NCBI GenBank assembly: GCA_045564835.1
Contig: JBJLGN010000030.1
Coordinates: 37,545-101,544 of the forward strand
Reading direction: 5' to 3'
Length of the DNA stretch: 64,000 nt
Source: Dehalococcoidia bacterium
Lineage (GTDB): Bacteria; Chloroflexota; Dehalococcoidia; Lucifugimonadales; GCA-002694895
Below, in pieces: positions 30,210 to 41,370 of this stretch. The position numbers were made by a program, and so were the translations under genes. How positions within the stretch are numbered: position 1 is the first letter of the stretch; the number at the start of each line of letters is the position of its first letter. Under the pieces are notes generated by a model. It worked only from the letters and a program-made list of their open reading frames with translations. It did no database searches and was not told the DNA's origin.

Positions 30210-31112
30210 TTGGATAAAAATATAAATACTTTTTTACCACAAACTGAAATCGCTGTTATATTCGATTTTGATATAACATTAACACCTAAGTACATGCAAT
30301 CTATTATATTCGACAAATTTAGTATTAATGAACTCAACTTTTGGTCAGAGACTGAGCAACTTAAATTGCAGGGATATGATAATGAACATGCTTATATAAA
30401 AAATCTAATTAATTATATAAAATCAGGTAAAATTGATAAATTATCCAATCAAGATTTAATTCAAATGGGTTCTGAATTAGAATTTCACAAAGGGTTCCCC
30501 GAAATAATTGATAATTTAAAAAAAATTCCAGAACAAAACAATCAAATAAATCCTGAAGTATGTTTTTATGTTATTAGTGCTGGATTTGAAGATATGATTA
30601 AGGGATCAAAAGTTTATCCCAAATTAAAAAGGTTGTGGGGATGCACATTTGATGAAAATGAAAACGGGAACATAGACTTTCCCAAGGAAACAATCTCTTC
30701 TACTACTAAAACACAAAAATTATTTTTGATTAACAAAGGATTACTACAAAATGAAGATAGTTTACGTGTTAATGATTTTATGCCTTACGAGACTAGACCT
30801 GTGCCATTTAAAAATATGATATATGTAGGCGATGGGCCAACGGATGTCCCGTGTTTTTCTTTGTTAATGCAGAATGGTGGACAATCGGTTGCAGTATATG
30901 AACCCAAAGACAAGAAAGCTTTTGATGAATGTTATAGATTGGTAGTCGAATCAAAGCGCGCTGATGTTATGTGTCCTGCTGACTATTCTAATGGAAGTCA
31001 ATTAGAATTAGCATTGTCAAAAATGGTAGAGAAAATATCTGAAAATATAAATTCTGATTTAGAGCAAGCAAAGAATAAAGGTTTAATTAAAAGCCCGGAG
31101 CATTTAAATTAA
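30210..31112 (+). CDS. HAD-superfamily hydrolase
   Basis: FDFDITL, ISAG, YVGDGPTDVPC; TTG start. Confidence 0.82.
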   Translation: MDKNINTFLPQTEIAVIFDFDITLTPKYMQSIIFDKFSINELNFWSETEQLKLQGYDNEHAYIKNLINYIKSGKIDKLSNQDLIQMGSELEFHKGFPEIIDNLKKIPEQNNQINPEVCFYVISAGFEDMIKGSKVYPKLKRLWGCTFDENENGNIDFPKETISSTTKTQKLFLINKGLLQNEDSLRVNDFMPYETRPVPFKNMIYVGDGPTDVPCFSLLMQNGGQSVAVYEPKDKKAFDECYRLVVESKRADVMCPADYSNGSQLELALSKMVEKISENINSDLEQAKNKGLIKSPEHLN

Positions 31113-32464
31113 TTACATCTTTTATTTATACAAGATGCTACTTTTAACGCACCTATTTTCGAATCATAATAGGAAATGTAAAGTTTACCGTCATCATTAC
31201 TAATTAATGATGCATAAGTACCTAAATCTCCTACTTTATCAATATAAATTATTTCTTTTTCAGTACATAATTTATTTTCACAATAAACAATTCCTAAATG
31301 GCTTGTAGACATATCATAAAATGAGATTATTGTGTTACCTAAATCATTGATTGTGATTGAATTCCAACTATAAAATATCCCTGGTAAGTTTCTTGCTTCT
31401 ACTAAATTTACTGCTGATTTAGAGTTTTCACAATCAGTGTTTGTGCATATAGCTAATTTTAAATAATTATTTTTGAAATCATAATAACTTATGTATAAAT
31501 CGTTACTAGAATTTTGATAGATTGAAATATCTCCTCCTTCAGCAGACACATCATCTATATCATAAGAATTGAATTTTTGACACAATTCATCTTCACATAG
31601 TAATAATTTCACTTTTTGATTTGTTCTATCTTGATAAGCAATAATTGGATAGTCTGTTAATTCACTTAGTATCATATCAGCGTATTCTCCTACCATCCCC
31701 TCTGTTACTACAGATCGATTGGTAAAAGATGTACATTCATTATCATCACAGCTAGCAATTTTCAGATCATTTTTACTAGAGTCAAAATATGAAATTATTG
31801 GGCGACCATCTTTTGTTATTGCTAATGAATTGTATTCTCCAACATATCCTCCCTGTCCTTCTCCTCTATCTATAACATTTATTTGAGCCCTCCCGCATTT
31901 GGAGTCTAGGCATCTTATTACCCTTAAATCGCCTTTTTTTCGATCTATATAACTAACATAAATTTTGCCACTGTTTGAACTTGCTATGTCAGTGTAATAA
32001 CCAAAATCTCCAGCCCAGTCAAGTAAATGAATCTTTGCTTTAGAGCAATCAGTATCTTGGCAGTAAGCTAATTTAAGATCACCTGCATTTAAGTGGTGAT
32101 AACTTATAACAGGGAACCCTTCTTTACTGATAGCTACTGAATTTGCATACCCTACTAATCCGTCTTTATCTAATTCTGATATATATATATTTTTATTTTG
32201 AGATTTATTCAGGCTGTATATTTGACCTTCTATTCCGTCGTATTTGTTGTCGCTTGAAATTTCTGTTTCTAGTTCACCAACTATACCTTTATGTCCAAAT
32301 TCGCCTTTTTCTGGAGCAGCTTTTCCTCCTTCGGAAAGAAAATTAATATCATAATTGTAAATTATTCCTACAACCAAAACTCCTGCAATTAACCAATACG
32401 CAAAAAAGGTGCTTGTAAATATAGCTTTTAAGAAATGTAGAATATTAAGTATTTGTTTTTTCAT
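31109..32464 (-). CDS. Membrane-anchored seven-repeat (beta-propeller-like) Cys-rich protein
   Basis: N-terminal TM; seven ISY-x6-L(K/R)-x3-CxxxxC-like repeats. Confidence 0.7.
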   Translation of the reverse strand: MKKQILNILHFLKAIFTSTFFAYWLIAGVLVVGIIYNYDINFLSEGGKAAPEKGEFGHKGIVGELETEISSDNKYDGIEGQIYSLNKSQNKNIYISELDKDGLVGYANSVAISKEGFPVISYHHLNAGDLKLAYCQDTDCSKAKIHLLDWAGDFGYYTDIASSNSGKIYVSYIDRKKGDLRVIRCLDSKCGRAQINVIDRGEGQGGYVGEYNSLAITKDGRPIISYFDSSKNDLKIASCDDNECTSFTNRSVVTEGMVGEYADMILSELTDYPIIAYQDRTNQKVKLLLCEDELCQKFNSYDIDDVSAEGGDISIYQNSSNDLYISYYDFKNNYLKLAICTNTDCENSKSAVNLVEARNLPGIFYSWNSITINDLGNTIISFYDMSTSHLGIVYCENKLCTEKEIIYIDKVGDLGTYASLISNDDGKLYISYYDSKIGALKVASCINKRCN

Positions 32465-32517
32465 ATAAAAAGGTAAAATGGATTGGTGTTAAATTATATC
32501 ACCATTAAATAGATTTT

Positions 32518-33714
32518 ATGCCAATATTTAGCTTATTAAAACAAAAAGATTTTAGAATTTATATAATTGCAAACTCTGTTAATGAATTTGCATTTATGTC
32601 AAGATTAACAGCTATAGGTTGGTTGTCTTACGAAATTAGTGATTCACCAACATTTGTAGGACTAGTTGCTGCAGTATCTGGTTTATCTATGTCTATACTT
32701 TCTATTTTTGGTGGAGTATTAGCTGATAAATACTCAAAGCCAAAAATAATGTTTGCTTCTAAGCTTGGAGAAAGCTTATTTATGCTGACTATTGCTCTTC
32801 TATTGGAAACAGATAATCTTAATAAATCAAATTTATTAATTTTAATGTTTTTAAATGGAATTATGGCAGCTCCATATATTCCTAGTCGAATGGGATTCAT
32901 TAAAGAATTAATTGGAGGCAAATCACTTTTGTCAGGAAATGCTGTTGATTTTGGATTCATGACTTTAGTAGGAGCTTTTACTCCGGCAATCGCAGGAATA
33001 ATTATTGAAAATTTTTCGATTCAACTAAGTTTATATGCGGCTTTTGTAGCATATAGTATTCATAACGTATTAATTCTATTATTACGAAACAAAGGAACTG
33101 TTTATAGAACCAATAATAAATTAAAGATAGTTAATTCAATTAAATTTCTTTTAAGATTACATATAGTTCAATATCTTCTTTTTACAATGCTAGCAATTGC
33201 TCTTTTAGTATGGAATATGGAAACATTATCTCCAGTTTTTGCTAAAGATATATTCAATTTAGGTCCTTCAGGTTTTGGAGTATTATTATCCTTAGGAAGT
33301 TTTGGGGCTGCTGTTTCAAGCTTTACCATTGCTGGTTTTAATAATGTAAATATAAATAAATTATTAGGGATAAGCTTAGTATGTGCAGGAATCTTTATAA
33401 TAATTTTTTCTTTTGTTAATAATTATATGATTGGGATGATATTGTATAGTGTTATCTTTGCATTTGGGGCAGCTTCTGAAAATGCTCTTTCAACATTATT
33501 GCAGAACTCTGTTCCTGATACCATGAGAGGAAGAGCTATTTCTCTGCAGGCACTAATTTGGGGATTTTCAGGATTTTCAGGTTTACTTGGAGGCTATTTG
33601 TCAGAAATATATGGTATTCAGATTGTCATTTTAATTTCAGGAATTGTTTTAATTTTAATTAGCCCAATAATAAAACCAATATCTAGTAATAGTCAAAGAA
33701 TGCAAATAATGTGA
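32518..33714 (+). CDS. MFS transporter
   Basis: GGVLADK, MRGRAIS, about 12 TM. Confidence 0.85.
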   Translation: MPIFSLLKQKDFRIYIIANSVNEFAFMSRLTAIGWLSYEISDSPTFVGLVAAVSGLSMSILSIFGGVLADKYSKPKIMFASKLGESLFMLTIALLLETDNLNKSNLLILMFLNGIMAAPYIPSRMGFIKELIGGKSLLSGNAVDFGFMTLVGAFTPAIAGIIIENFSIQLSLYAAFVAYSIHNVLILLLRNKGTVYRTNNKLKIVNSIKFLLRLHIVQYLLFTMLAIALLVWNMETLSPVFAKDIFNLGPSGFGVLLSLGSFGAAVSSFTIAGFNNVNINKLLGISLVCAGIFIIIFSFVNNYMIGMILYSVIFAFGAASENALSTLLQNSVPDTMRGRAISLQALIWGFSGFSGLLGGYLSEIYGIQIVILISGIVLILISPIIKPISSNSQRMQIM

Positions 33715-33743
33715 TAATATATTAAAAAATTATAGGTGTAACC

Positions 33744-35162
33744 ATGCATGAATTAATTAAATTATCTGCTACAGAAATAAGAAATAAACTTTTACAAAAA
33801 GAAATTAAACCTACCGAATTAGTGCAAATTAGTATAGATAGGATCAATGAAGTTGAACCTATAATTAACGCTATGCCAACAATATGCCTTGAAAGAGCTA
33901 TGGAACATGCGAAAAAAATAGAAAACAATGATTTTTCCAAAGGCCAAAGTGATCCAAGCTTTTTAGCTGGTATTCCTATTTCAATTAAAGATTTGGTTCC
34001 TGTTGAAGGAGTAAGGACAACATGGGGATCTCCTTTGTTTAAAGATCATATTCCTACAAAATCTGATTTTCTTGTGGAACGATTAGAAAAAAATGGCGGA
34101 ATTGTTGTTGGCAAATCTAATACACCTGAATTTGGAGCAGGAGCAAATACTTTTAACGATGTTTTTGGACCTTCTCTTAGCCCTTGGAATACAAAAAAAA
34201 CTGTTGGTGGTTCATCAGGTGGTGCCGCATCTTCTTTACTGAGTGGAGAAGTATGGCTTGCTTCAGGTAGTGATACTGGAGGAAGTTTAAGGATACCAGG
34301 AAGCTTTTGTTCCGTAGTTGGATTTAGGCCTTCTCCTGGAACTGTGCCTACTGGACCAGGAAACTCTCCTTTTGATTCTTTGTCCGTTTCAGGCCCAATG
34401 GCAAGAAATGTTGAGGATACTGCATTAATGCTTAATGCTATGACTGGTTATTATGAATTTGATCCTTATAGTAAAAAAGCTATTCCAGACTATTTACAAG
34501 CTGTTAATAAACCTAAGGTACCTAAAAAAGTTGCTTATTCTTTTGACTTAGGAGGAGAACCGTTAGACCCAAGAGTAAGGAAAAGTTTTGAGGAAGGACT
34601 AAAAGTATTTGAATCTATGGGATCTGAGTTAGTTGAAGATTGTATAGATTTCAGTGAAGCTCATTATTTAATCAGAATTTTAAGATCTCTTAAATTTGCT
34701 GCACAGGCAGATAGATTGAAAAATCATAGAGACCAACTTAAACCTGAAATAATTTGGAATATAGAAACCGGATTAAAACTAACAGGTGAAGAAATAGCAA
34801 AAGCAGAATTGATTCGAGCAAAACTTTATAATGATACTGCTGAATTTTTCAATAAATATGATTTGTTTATCTGCCCGACAGTAATGGTTCCTCCCTTTGA
34901 TGTGGAAATTAGATATTTAGACGAGGTTGAAGGTGTTAAATTCGATGATTACATAACATGGTTATATTACACGCATTCTTTGACTCTAACATCATCTCCA
35001 AGTGTGTCCTTGCCATGTAGTTTTACCGACGACGGGTTACCTATAGGGATACAACTTGTCACAGAGTGTAATAATGAATATGATCTGTTGTCATTTAGCC
35101 AATCTTTTGAAAATCATAACAACAATACTATTCAAACACCAATTGATCCAATAGTTAAATAA
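33744..35162 (+). CDS. Amidase signature family enzyme
   Basis: SIKDL, GKSNTPEFG, GGSSGG, GSDTGGSLRIP. Confidence 0.92.
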   Translation: MHELIKLSATEIRNKLLQKEIKPTELVQISIDRINEVEPIINAMPTICLERAMEHAKKIENNDFSKGQSDPSFLAGIPISIKDLVPVEGVRTTWGSPLFKDHIPTKSDFLVERLEKNGGIVVGKSNTPEFGAGANTFNDVFGPSLSPWNTKKTVGGSSGGAASSLLSGEVWLASGSDTGGSLRIPGSFCSVVGFRPSPGTVPTGPGNSPFDSLSVSGPMARNVEDTALMLNAMTGYYEFDPYSKKAIPDYLQAVNKPKVPKKVAYSFDLGGEPLDPRVRKSFEEGLKVFESMGSELVEDCIDFSEAHYLIRILRSLKFAAQADRLKNHRDQLKPEIIWNIETGLKLTGEEIAKAELIRAKLYNDTAEFFNKYDLFICPTVMVPPFDVEIRYLDEVEGVKFDDYITWLYYTHSLTLTSSPSVSLPCSFTDDGLPIGIQLVTECNNEYDLLSFSQSFENHNNNTIQTPIDPIVK

Positions 35163-35163
35163 A

Positions 35164-36048
35164 TCATTTTCTAAGTATTGGTCTTGTAATACATGTGGGT
35201 CCACCAGACCCCTTGTAACAGATTTCACTTGCTTCAAATTCGATTGTTTCTATTCCGCTTCTATCTATTACTGATCTTGTTTTATCATTTCCACTAACTA
35301 TAAGACATTTGTTCTCTGATAAAGGAAGTACATTGCATGCCAATGTATCATACTCTGATTCATCTATATTTAAAAACTTTATATTTTTAGCTTTTAAAAA
35401 ATTTAAAAATCCAACTGGAATAAGTTTTTCATATATTAAAAATAGCTTTTCTTGCAACGGACTTATTAAAGACATTAAATGTAAAACGTTATTTGGACCA
35501 TCCCAATGAGGTAAATCTACTTTAATTAAATTCACACCTATTTTAGATAGTATATTTTCAAGTTGATTAATTCCTTCTGCATTTGTTCTATAAGTTAATC
35601 CTACAGCAACTGTAGATTTGTCTACCCATATAACATCACCGCCTTCAAGAGATCCTTTGTCTTTAATTTTTCCTAATATAGGAAGATTGTTTTTTATAAA
35701 ATATTCTTCCATCATTAATGTTTCATATTTTCTTAATTCTTTTCCCATATTCCCAAATATTGCTCCTTGCTGAGTCATAAACATAGGGTCATGTGTATAG
35801 ATAGAATCTAAATATGTTTGATCATCAGATGGTAAATAATGTATATCAACGTTATTGTCATTTAATATTTTAATTAAGTTTTCATATTGTAGAATCGCTT
35901 TGTTATATTTTGGTTTTGAAATAAAATTAAGAGATTCCCAGTGATCATCAATAAACTTTTGTGATTTAAATGCATCTTTTGGGTGTTTTAATATAACACT
36001 TTTTAATGTTTTTACGTTTGAATTTAATCCTATTTTATTTTTCAACAT
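35164..36048 (-). CDS. Amidinotransferase/dimethylarginine dimethylaminohydrolase family
   Basis: YTHDP, LEGGD, RTN, HLMS, GGPTCIT; start re-assigned to MLKNK. Confidence 0.85.
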   Translation of the reverse strand: MLKNKIGLNSNVKTLKSVILKHPKDAFKSQKFIDDHWESLNFISKPKYNKAILQYENLIKILNDNNVDIHYLPSDDQTYLDSIYTHDPMFMTQQGAIFGNMGKELRKYETLMMEEYFIKNNLPILGKIKDKGSLEGGDVIWVDKSTVAVGLTYRTNAEGINQLENILSKIGVNLIKVDLPHWDGPNNVLHLMSLISPLQEKLFLIYEKLIPVGFLNFLKAKNIKFLNIDESEYDTLACNVLPLSENKCLIVSGNDKTRSVIDRSGIETIEFEASEICYKGSGGPTCITRPILRK

Positions 36049-37417
36049 ATCCATAATCCAAATATTTATAATTATTGTACAATGACATTTGAATTTCTTG
36101 CATGTATTCTCCACTGGGTGTTTTAGATGTCAATGGTATTTTTAAAACGTCATAATCTTCACTAATCTTTTCTGTAAATGATTCTTTTAATACTCTTCCT
36201 TCTATATAAGAGGGAAGGGCGATGTTTAAAAAATATAATATTGTTGGTAACACATCCACATTACCAGAAGGTAATTCTGTGCCGTTGCCATTATTTATGT
36301 CTGGTCCGTTTAAAATAAGTGTATTATTAATTTCCTGAGGACTTATCGATCCATGATTTCCATTTCCTGCTTTTAAATTAGTAGAAAATATTTCACCTTT
36401 TATATTATTTGAATTATTTAATTCTTTCCAATTCATTGATACAAACAAATCAGGATTTCTTACCCCAGATTTAAAAAACAAATCATAATTGTGAATTCCG
36501 CTGTAATTTATATTACTATTTCCTAAAATCATGGGTCCTGCCCAAGGTTTTGATATGATTTCATTTATTAATATTGGATCAAAAATTTGATTTTCTTTTG
36601 CATAAACCATAAATGATCCTCCATTCTCAGCAAATAAATAACCGGGGAAATTAATAGCTAATTCGTTTGCTAAATTTATAGTTTTAGAAATTTTTGAGTA
36701 CCCATGGTCAGATATTAAGAATATGTAGGGATCAAAATCATTTTGATTTATTAAATCTAATATATTTTTAAATAGATTATCAACATGATTTATTGCTTTT
36801 ATACTTTCTATAGAGTCTATGCCAAAGTTATGCTGACTTTTGTCTGGCTCATCAAACCAAATAATACTTATATCAGCAAATCTTTCTGGTTCTAATTTTT
36901 CTAGTATATTTATCATATGAGTATTAGAATTAAGATCTGGAATTTCAGGTTTTGGCCAATCATGATTTGACTTGTTTTGTGAACGAATATCTCTATGGAA
37001 AGTATGATGTTTATTATTTAAGACTCCTGTGTTTTGAATTAACGCATTTCCGCTTGTTCCAGAATTTAAAACCATCAAATCTAAGTTATTTTCACTTGCA
37101 ATATCACTTAAAGTAGGAGTTAATACTATTTTATTTCCAGACAAATAAATATTTTTCATTTCAGGATACATAACATTTAAAACTTGATTTTTATCATACT
37201 CAGGGAAAACCATATTATTACCAAGAATTCCATGAGTACCAGGATTAACACCTGTAACTATAGTAGATACGTTTGTTCGAGTAACAGTAGGAAATGAAGC
37301 GTGATGATTTTCAAAACTGAATCCATTACTTTTAAATTTTGAGACATTTGGCATGTTTTTATCATCTACTTGACTCATTTGCAGACCATCCATACCAATA
37401 ATTAAAATTTTTTTCAT
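36035..37417 (-). CDS. Alkaline phosphatase superfamily (NPP/phosphodiesterase-like)
   Basis: GMDGL, FPTVT, EPD..H, SDHG, HGS, NVDVLPT. Confidence 0.85.
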   Translation of the reverse strand: MKKILIIGMDGLQMSQVDDKNMPNVSKFKSNGFSFENHHASFPTVTRTNVSTIVTGVNPGTHGILGNNMVFPEYDKNQVLNVMYPEMKNIYLSGNKIVLTPTLSDIASENNLDLMVLNSGTSGNALIQNTGVLNNKHHTFHRDIRSQNKSNHDWPKPEIPDLNSNTHMINILEKLEPERFADISIIWFDEPDKSQHNFGIDSIESIKAINHVDNLFKNILDLINQNDFDPYIFLISDHGYSKISKTINLANELAINFPGYLFAENGGSFMVYAKENQIFDPILINEIISKPWAGPMILGNSNINYSGIHNYDLFFKSGVRNPDLFVSMNWKELNNSNNIKGEIFSTNLKAGNGNHGSISPQEINNTLILNGPDINNGNGTELPSGNVDVLPTILYFLNIALPSYIEGRVLKESFTEKISEDYDVLKIPLTSKTPSGEYMQEIQMSLYNNYKYLDYGYVEK

Positions 37418-37491
37418 AACTAAAATTTATTTTTTTTATATTACTAATATTGTAATATAAAATTACAATTATTAATTTCAAACACTTTTTA

Positions 37492-38670
37492 ATGCTACAC
37501 TACAAACCTGTTTCAATAATAATGTTTAACGTTTTGCTTGCGATTTTTGGTATTTTAACCACTACTTTTGAAGCTTATTTCCCAGATTTATTATTACCAA
37601 TAATATATGGTTTTGCTATATTTGGAGCTGCAATATTAATTTCATGGGGAGCAGAAGCTAGTGAAAAAGATATTTCTGGAGCATTTGTCATTGCATTGAT
37701 AGCTCTAATTGCTGTTTTACCAGAATATTCAATTGAATCAATATTGGCGTACACTGCTGGGAAATCATATAAAAATAATAATTTTACTTATACTGATAGA
37801 GTAGGGTATGTTTCAGCCAATGTTACTGGAGCAAATAGATTATTAGCTGGACTTGGCTGGCCATTAATTATGTTAATTAATTTGTACAAAAATAATAAAC
37901 AAATTAATATTGTTAAAAATAACAGCTTAGAAATAGTTATTATTTCTGTAGGGCTAGTTTCTATGACACTGACTTATATTCTAGATATCCAGCCTTTGAT
38001 TATATCTGCAATATTAATTTGTATTTACATTTTTTATCTTTATGTATCTTCGAAAAAAGAATCAGAAGAACCTGAATTTGTAGGCATTAGTAAATATATA
38101 ACTGAGTTCAAAAAACCACTAAGAATTTCTATTTACATTTCTTTAATTGCATTCTCAGCAATTTCGATTTTTATTGTGTCACACCCTTTTGTAGAATCAT
38201 TAATTCATGTTGGGGAGAAATTTGGTATAGATGAATATTATTTAATACAATGGCTTGCACCATTAGCTTCTGAGAGCCCGGAAATATTAATTGCAAGTTT
38301 ATTTGCTCTTAGAAATAAATCCATTGAATCAATTGCTATTATACTTTCTTCTCAGGCTAATCAAATGTCTTTATTGATTGGAAGTATGGGATGGATTTTT
38401 GCATTTGCTGCAGGAAGACTTGATAGCTTCCCTGTAAATGATACTCAAGCTATTGAATTTTTATTAACAGCTGCATTCGCATTATTACAAATTGCTATAA
38501 TCTATAAATCAAAATTTAATAAAACTATTATTATTGGTCTCATGCTTCTATTTGGTAGCCAATTAATATTTTCTAATTCTGATTTTAAATTTTACCTTTC
38601 TATATTTTTGTTTTTATTATCTGTGCCTTTGCTATCAAGCTCTATAATTCTAAATAAATTGAAAAAATAA
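37492..38670 (+). CDS. Sodium:calcium (CaCA) antiporter
   Basis: AVLPEY, ANVTGANR, APLASESPE alpha-repeats. Confidence 0.85.
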   Translation: MLHYKPVSIIMFNVLLAIFGILTTTFEAYFPDLLLPIIYGFAIFGAAILISWGAEASEKDISGAFVIALIALIAVLPEYSIESILAYTAGKSYKNNNFTYTDRVGYVSANVTGANRLLAGLGWPLIMLINLYKNNKQINIVKNNSLEIVIISVGLVSMTLTYILDIQPLIISAILICIYIFYLYVSSKKESEEPEFVGISKYITEFKKPLRISIYISLIAFSAISIFIVSHPFVESLIHVGEKFGIDEYYLIQWLAPLASESPEILIASLFALRNKSIESIAIILSSQANQMSLLIGSMGWIFAFAAGRLDSFPVNDTQAIEFLLTAAFALLQIAIIYKSKFNKTIIIGLMLLFGSQLIFSNSDFKFYLSIFLFLLSVPLLSSSIILNKLKK

Positions 38671-38675
38671 ATTCA

Positions 38676-39854
38676 ATGATCTCCCCGCATACTTTTTCAA
38701 ATATTACAGAATGGTTAGAAAATTCAATTAACTCAAAAAAATTACCTTTTGGAAAAATAACTATTTCTCAAAATAACACTGTTATATTTTCAGAATTTAA
38801 GAATAATGATTTAGGCGAGTATTCTAGTAATAATTTATACAGAATTCAATCTTTAACTAAACCAATAACATCATTGGTTGCTCTTATAATATTAGAGAAA
38901 TTTAATATAGATGTTAATGAGCCAATCAAATCTGTTGTTAATGAATTTAGTAACTTAAAAGTTCTTTCTGATGGCCTGTTAGAGAATTCGAATAATGATA
39001 TTACATTTGCACACTTATTAACGCATACTTCTGGATTAACATACGGATTTAGTCACTCCAATCAAAGCATATTAAGAGGAAATACTGAAGCTGATGAGGT
39101 TTATAGAAAAATTGGAATACTTGATAGAATTCAAAAATCTAGTATTACTTCTGATGAATTTATAGATATAACTTCATCTTTACCACTTGCTTATCATCCA
39201 GGTACAAGATGGAATTATGGAATTTCTTCAGATTTATTAGGTGTGATTTTAGAAAAAATTTGTAAGAAATCATTAAACAATATTTTTAAAGACGAACTGT
39301 TTATTCATCTAGATATGAAAGACACTTTCTTCCCAGATCAATCTACCACAAATTTAATACCTACATTTAAACTTACCATTCCATCAGGTTTTAAGATTAT
39401 AAGTGGATCTGATCAGATAAAAAATCCAAAGTATTTTCACTCAGGTGGAGGGGGATTGATTTCAAGTCCTGAAGATTATCATAAATTTTGTAATTTTATT
39501 CTTGATCCTAATCATGAATTATTACAAATTAGCCAAATTGACAAACTTAAATCAAATCAAATTTTAGGAGATCTAAATTATTTGTCAGACGGAACGAATT
39601 TTTTTGATTTCACATATGCAGGTCCTGGAATGGGATTCACATATGGATTTTCTATAATTGACAACCCTGATTTGTTAAATTATAAAAGCACTTCACAAAT
39701 TCTTAGTTGGGCTGGTTCTTCTAATACAATAGTATGGTTAGATCAAAAAAATAACTTTGTTTTCTCTATGTTTTCACAATTAATCCCATTTGGTTATCAT
39801 AGTTACAAGAAAGAATTGATGAATTTAATTTATTCAGATTCAAATTTTAATTAA
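38676..39854 (+). CDS. Serine hydrolase (beta-lactamase-related)
   Basis: SLTK, LLTHTSG, PGTRWNY, WAG. Confidence 0.88.
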   Translation: MISPHTFSNITEWLENSINSKKLPFGKITISQNNTVIFSEFKNNDLGEYSSNNLYRIQSLTKPITSLVALIILEKFNIDVNEPIKSVVNEFSNLKVLSDGLLENSNNDITFAHLLTHTSGLTYGFSHSNQSILRGNTEADEVYRKIGILDRIQKSSITSDEFIDITSSLPLAYHPGTRWNYGISSDLLGVILEKICKKSLNNIFKDELFIHLDMKDTFFPDQSTTNLIPTFKLTIPSGFKIISGSDQIKNPKYFHSGGGGLISSPEDYHKFCNFILDPNHELLQISQIDKLKSNQILGDLNYLSDGTNFFDFTYAGPGMGFTYGFSIIDNPDLLNYKSTSQILSWAGSSNTIVWLDQKNNFVFSMFSQLIPFGYHSYKKELMNLIYSDSNFN

Positions 39855-40286
39855 TTTTATCACAGGAATAATTCTTTTAGATAACTTTTGATATTCAGTA
39901 TATTTTGGATAAATTTTTATTATCTCTGACCAAATTTTTTTACGATAATTGTTTTTTAGAATTTCGTAACTACATTCAAATTCTTTTCCTGAAATATTAA
40001 TTGTTACAGTATCTTTACACATTAAATTTTTAAACCAATTTGGATCATTAGGATTACCTCCATTAGAGGCAACAATAATATAAGACTTATCTATATCAAA
40101 ATACACTAAAGGAGCAAATCTTTTTAATTTTGATTTTCTACCAATAGTTATTAAAACTAAAACTGGTATCCCAAGTAAATTATTCAAATATTTATTATTA
40201 AAGTTTTTAAGAACAAATAAATGAAACTTAGAAAAAAACCTGATTAATTTATATCGCCCAGTAAATATATCTGCAATTTTAAACAT
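39840..40286 (-). CDS. Deazaflavin (F420)-dependent nitroreductase family
   Basis: LITIGRKS, VASNGG..PNWFKNL, YQ..RIIPV. Confidence 0.88.
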   Translation of the reverse strand: MFKIADIFTGRYKLIRFFSKFHLFVLKNFNNKYLNNLLGIPVLVLITIGRKSKLKRFAPLVYFDIDKSYIIVASNGGNPNDPNWFKNLMCKDTVTINISGKEFECSYEILKNNYRKKIWSEIIKIYPKYTEYQKLSKRIIPVIKLIKI

Positions 40287-40295
40287 TAAACCTAC

Positions 40296-41288
40296 TTATA
40301 TTGAAATAACAATTTTTCCAAAAAAATTTCTACTTTCAATAATTTTATGTGCTTTTGATATTTGATCAAATGGAATTATTTCATGAATGATTGGATTTAT
40401 TGTTCCCTTTTTTAATTCTGAAACTAATGATACTATATCCTCTTTAGTCCAACTATTTGACCCTATTATTTGTAATTCTTTTCTCCAAATATATCTTATA
40501 TCCGTTTTCGGATTAAATCCTGCAGTAGCCCCACAAGTTAAAATTCTTCCGTTAGGTTTCATACACTTTAATGTCTTTATCCATGAATCTCCACCAGTGA
40601 AATTTATAGCAATATCTACTCCATCTCCGATCATTGATCTAACAATTTTATGAAAATCGGGCTCATCTGAATAGTTTATTACAATGTCTGCACCTAATTC
40701 ATACAACTTTGATTCATTAGCTTTTGAACTGGTTGCTGCGATTATAAAACAATTATTTAATTTTGCAATTTGTATTGCAGCATTTCCAACTCCACCAGAT
40801 GCCCCTAGTATCAAAATTTGCTCCCCAGGTTGAATTTTACCTCTAGTATTTAACATTCTCCATGCAGCTCCGTAAGCTATTGGTAAGCATGCAGCTTTAA
40901 AAAGGTCAATCGAGTTATCGAGTTGAATTAATCTAGAAGGTGAAAGTGCTATTTTTTCACATAAAACTCCATTTGCATCTTCACCAATGATTCCAATCCT
41001 ACCACTCTCAAGTTGAACGTTTGGATCGATCAATACTTTTTTCCCTAACATATCCTCAGATACATTGTCGCCAATTTCAATTACTTCTCCTGCCCCATCT
41101 CCTCCTGGAATTATAGGAAGATTAATTGGATGCCCTGGCATTCCTTTCCTGACAAATATATCAAGATGATTAATACTACAGGCTTTGATTTTAACTATAA
41201 CCTGATTTTGATTACAAATTGGATCAGGAATATCTTTAACTAATAAAGAATCAATATTCCCATGCTCTTCTAAAACTACTGCTCTCAT
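40296..41288 (-). CDS. Medium-chain dehydrogenase/quinone oxidoreductase
   Basis: NHLD, PGGDGAG, GASGGVG, CGATAG. Confidence 0.88.
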   Translation of the reverse strand: MRAVVLEEHGNIDSLLVKDIPDPICNQNQVIVKIKACSINHLDIFVRKGMPGHPINLPIIPGGDGAGEVIEIGDNVSEDMLGKKVLIDPNVQLESGRIGIIGEDANGVLCEKIALSPSRLIQLDNSIDLFKAACLPIAYGAAWRMLNTRGKIQPGEQILILGASGGVGNAAIQIAKLNNCFIIAATSSKANESKLYELGADIVINYSDEPDFHKIVRSMIGDGVDIAINFTGGDSWIKTLKCMKPNGRILTCGATAGFNPKTDIRYIWRKELQIIGSNSWTKEDIVSLVSELKKGTINPIIHEIIPFDQISKAHKIIESRNFFGKIVISI

Positions 41289-41370
41289 ATGAAAATTTAT
41301 ATCCAGGTTGTATTAATATAAAAAAATATATAATTAGAATACAATATATATTTAAAATAATAATATAAAA

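Noticed and set aside
41289-41370. preQ1 riboswitch upstream of the YhhQ-like transporter
   Set aside because: AGGTT...ATAAAAAAA resembles it, but no P1 stem complement is present
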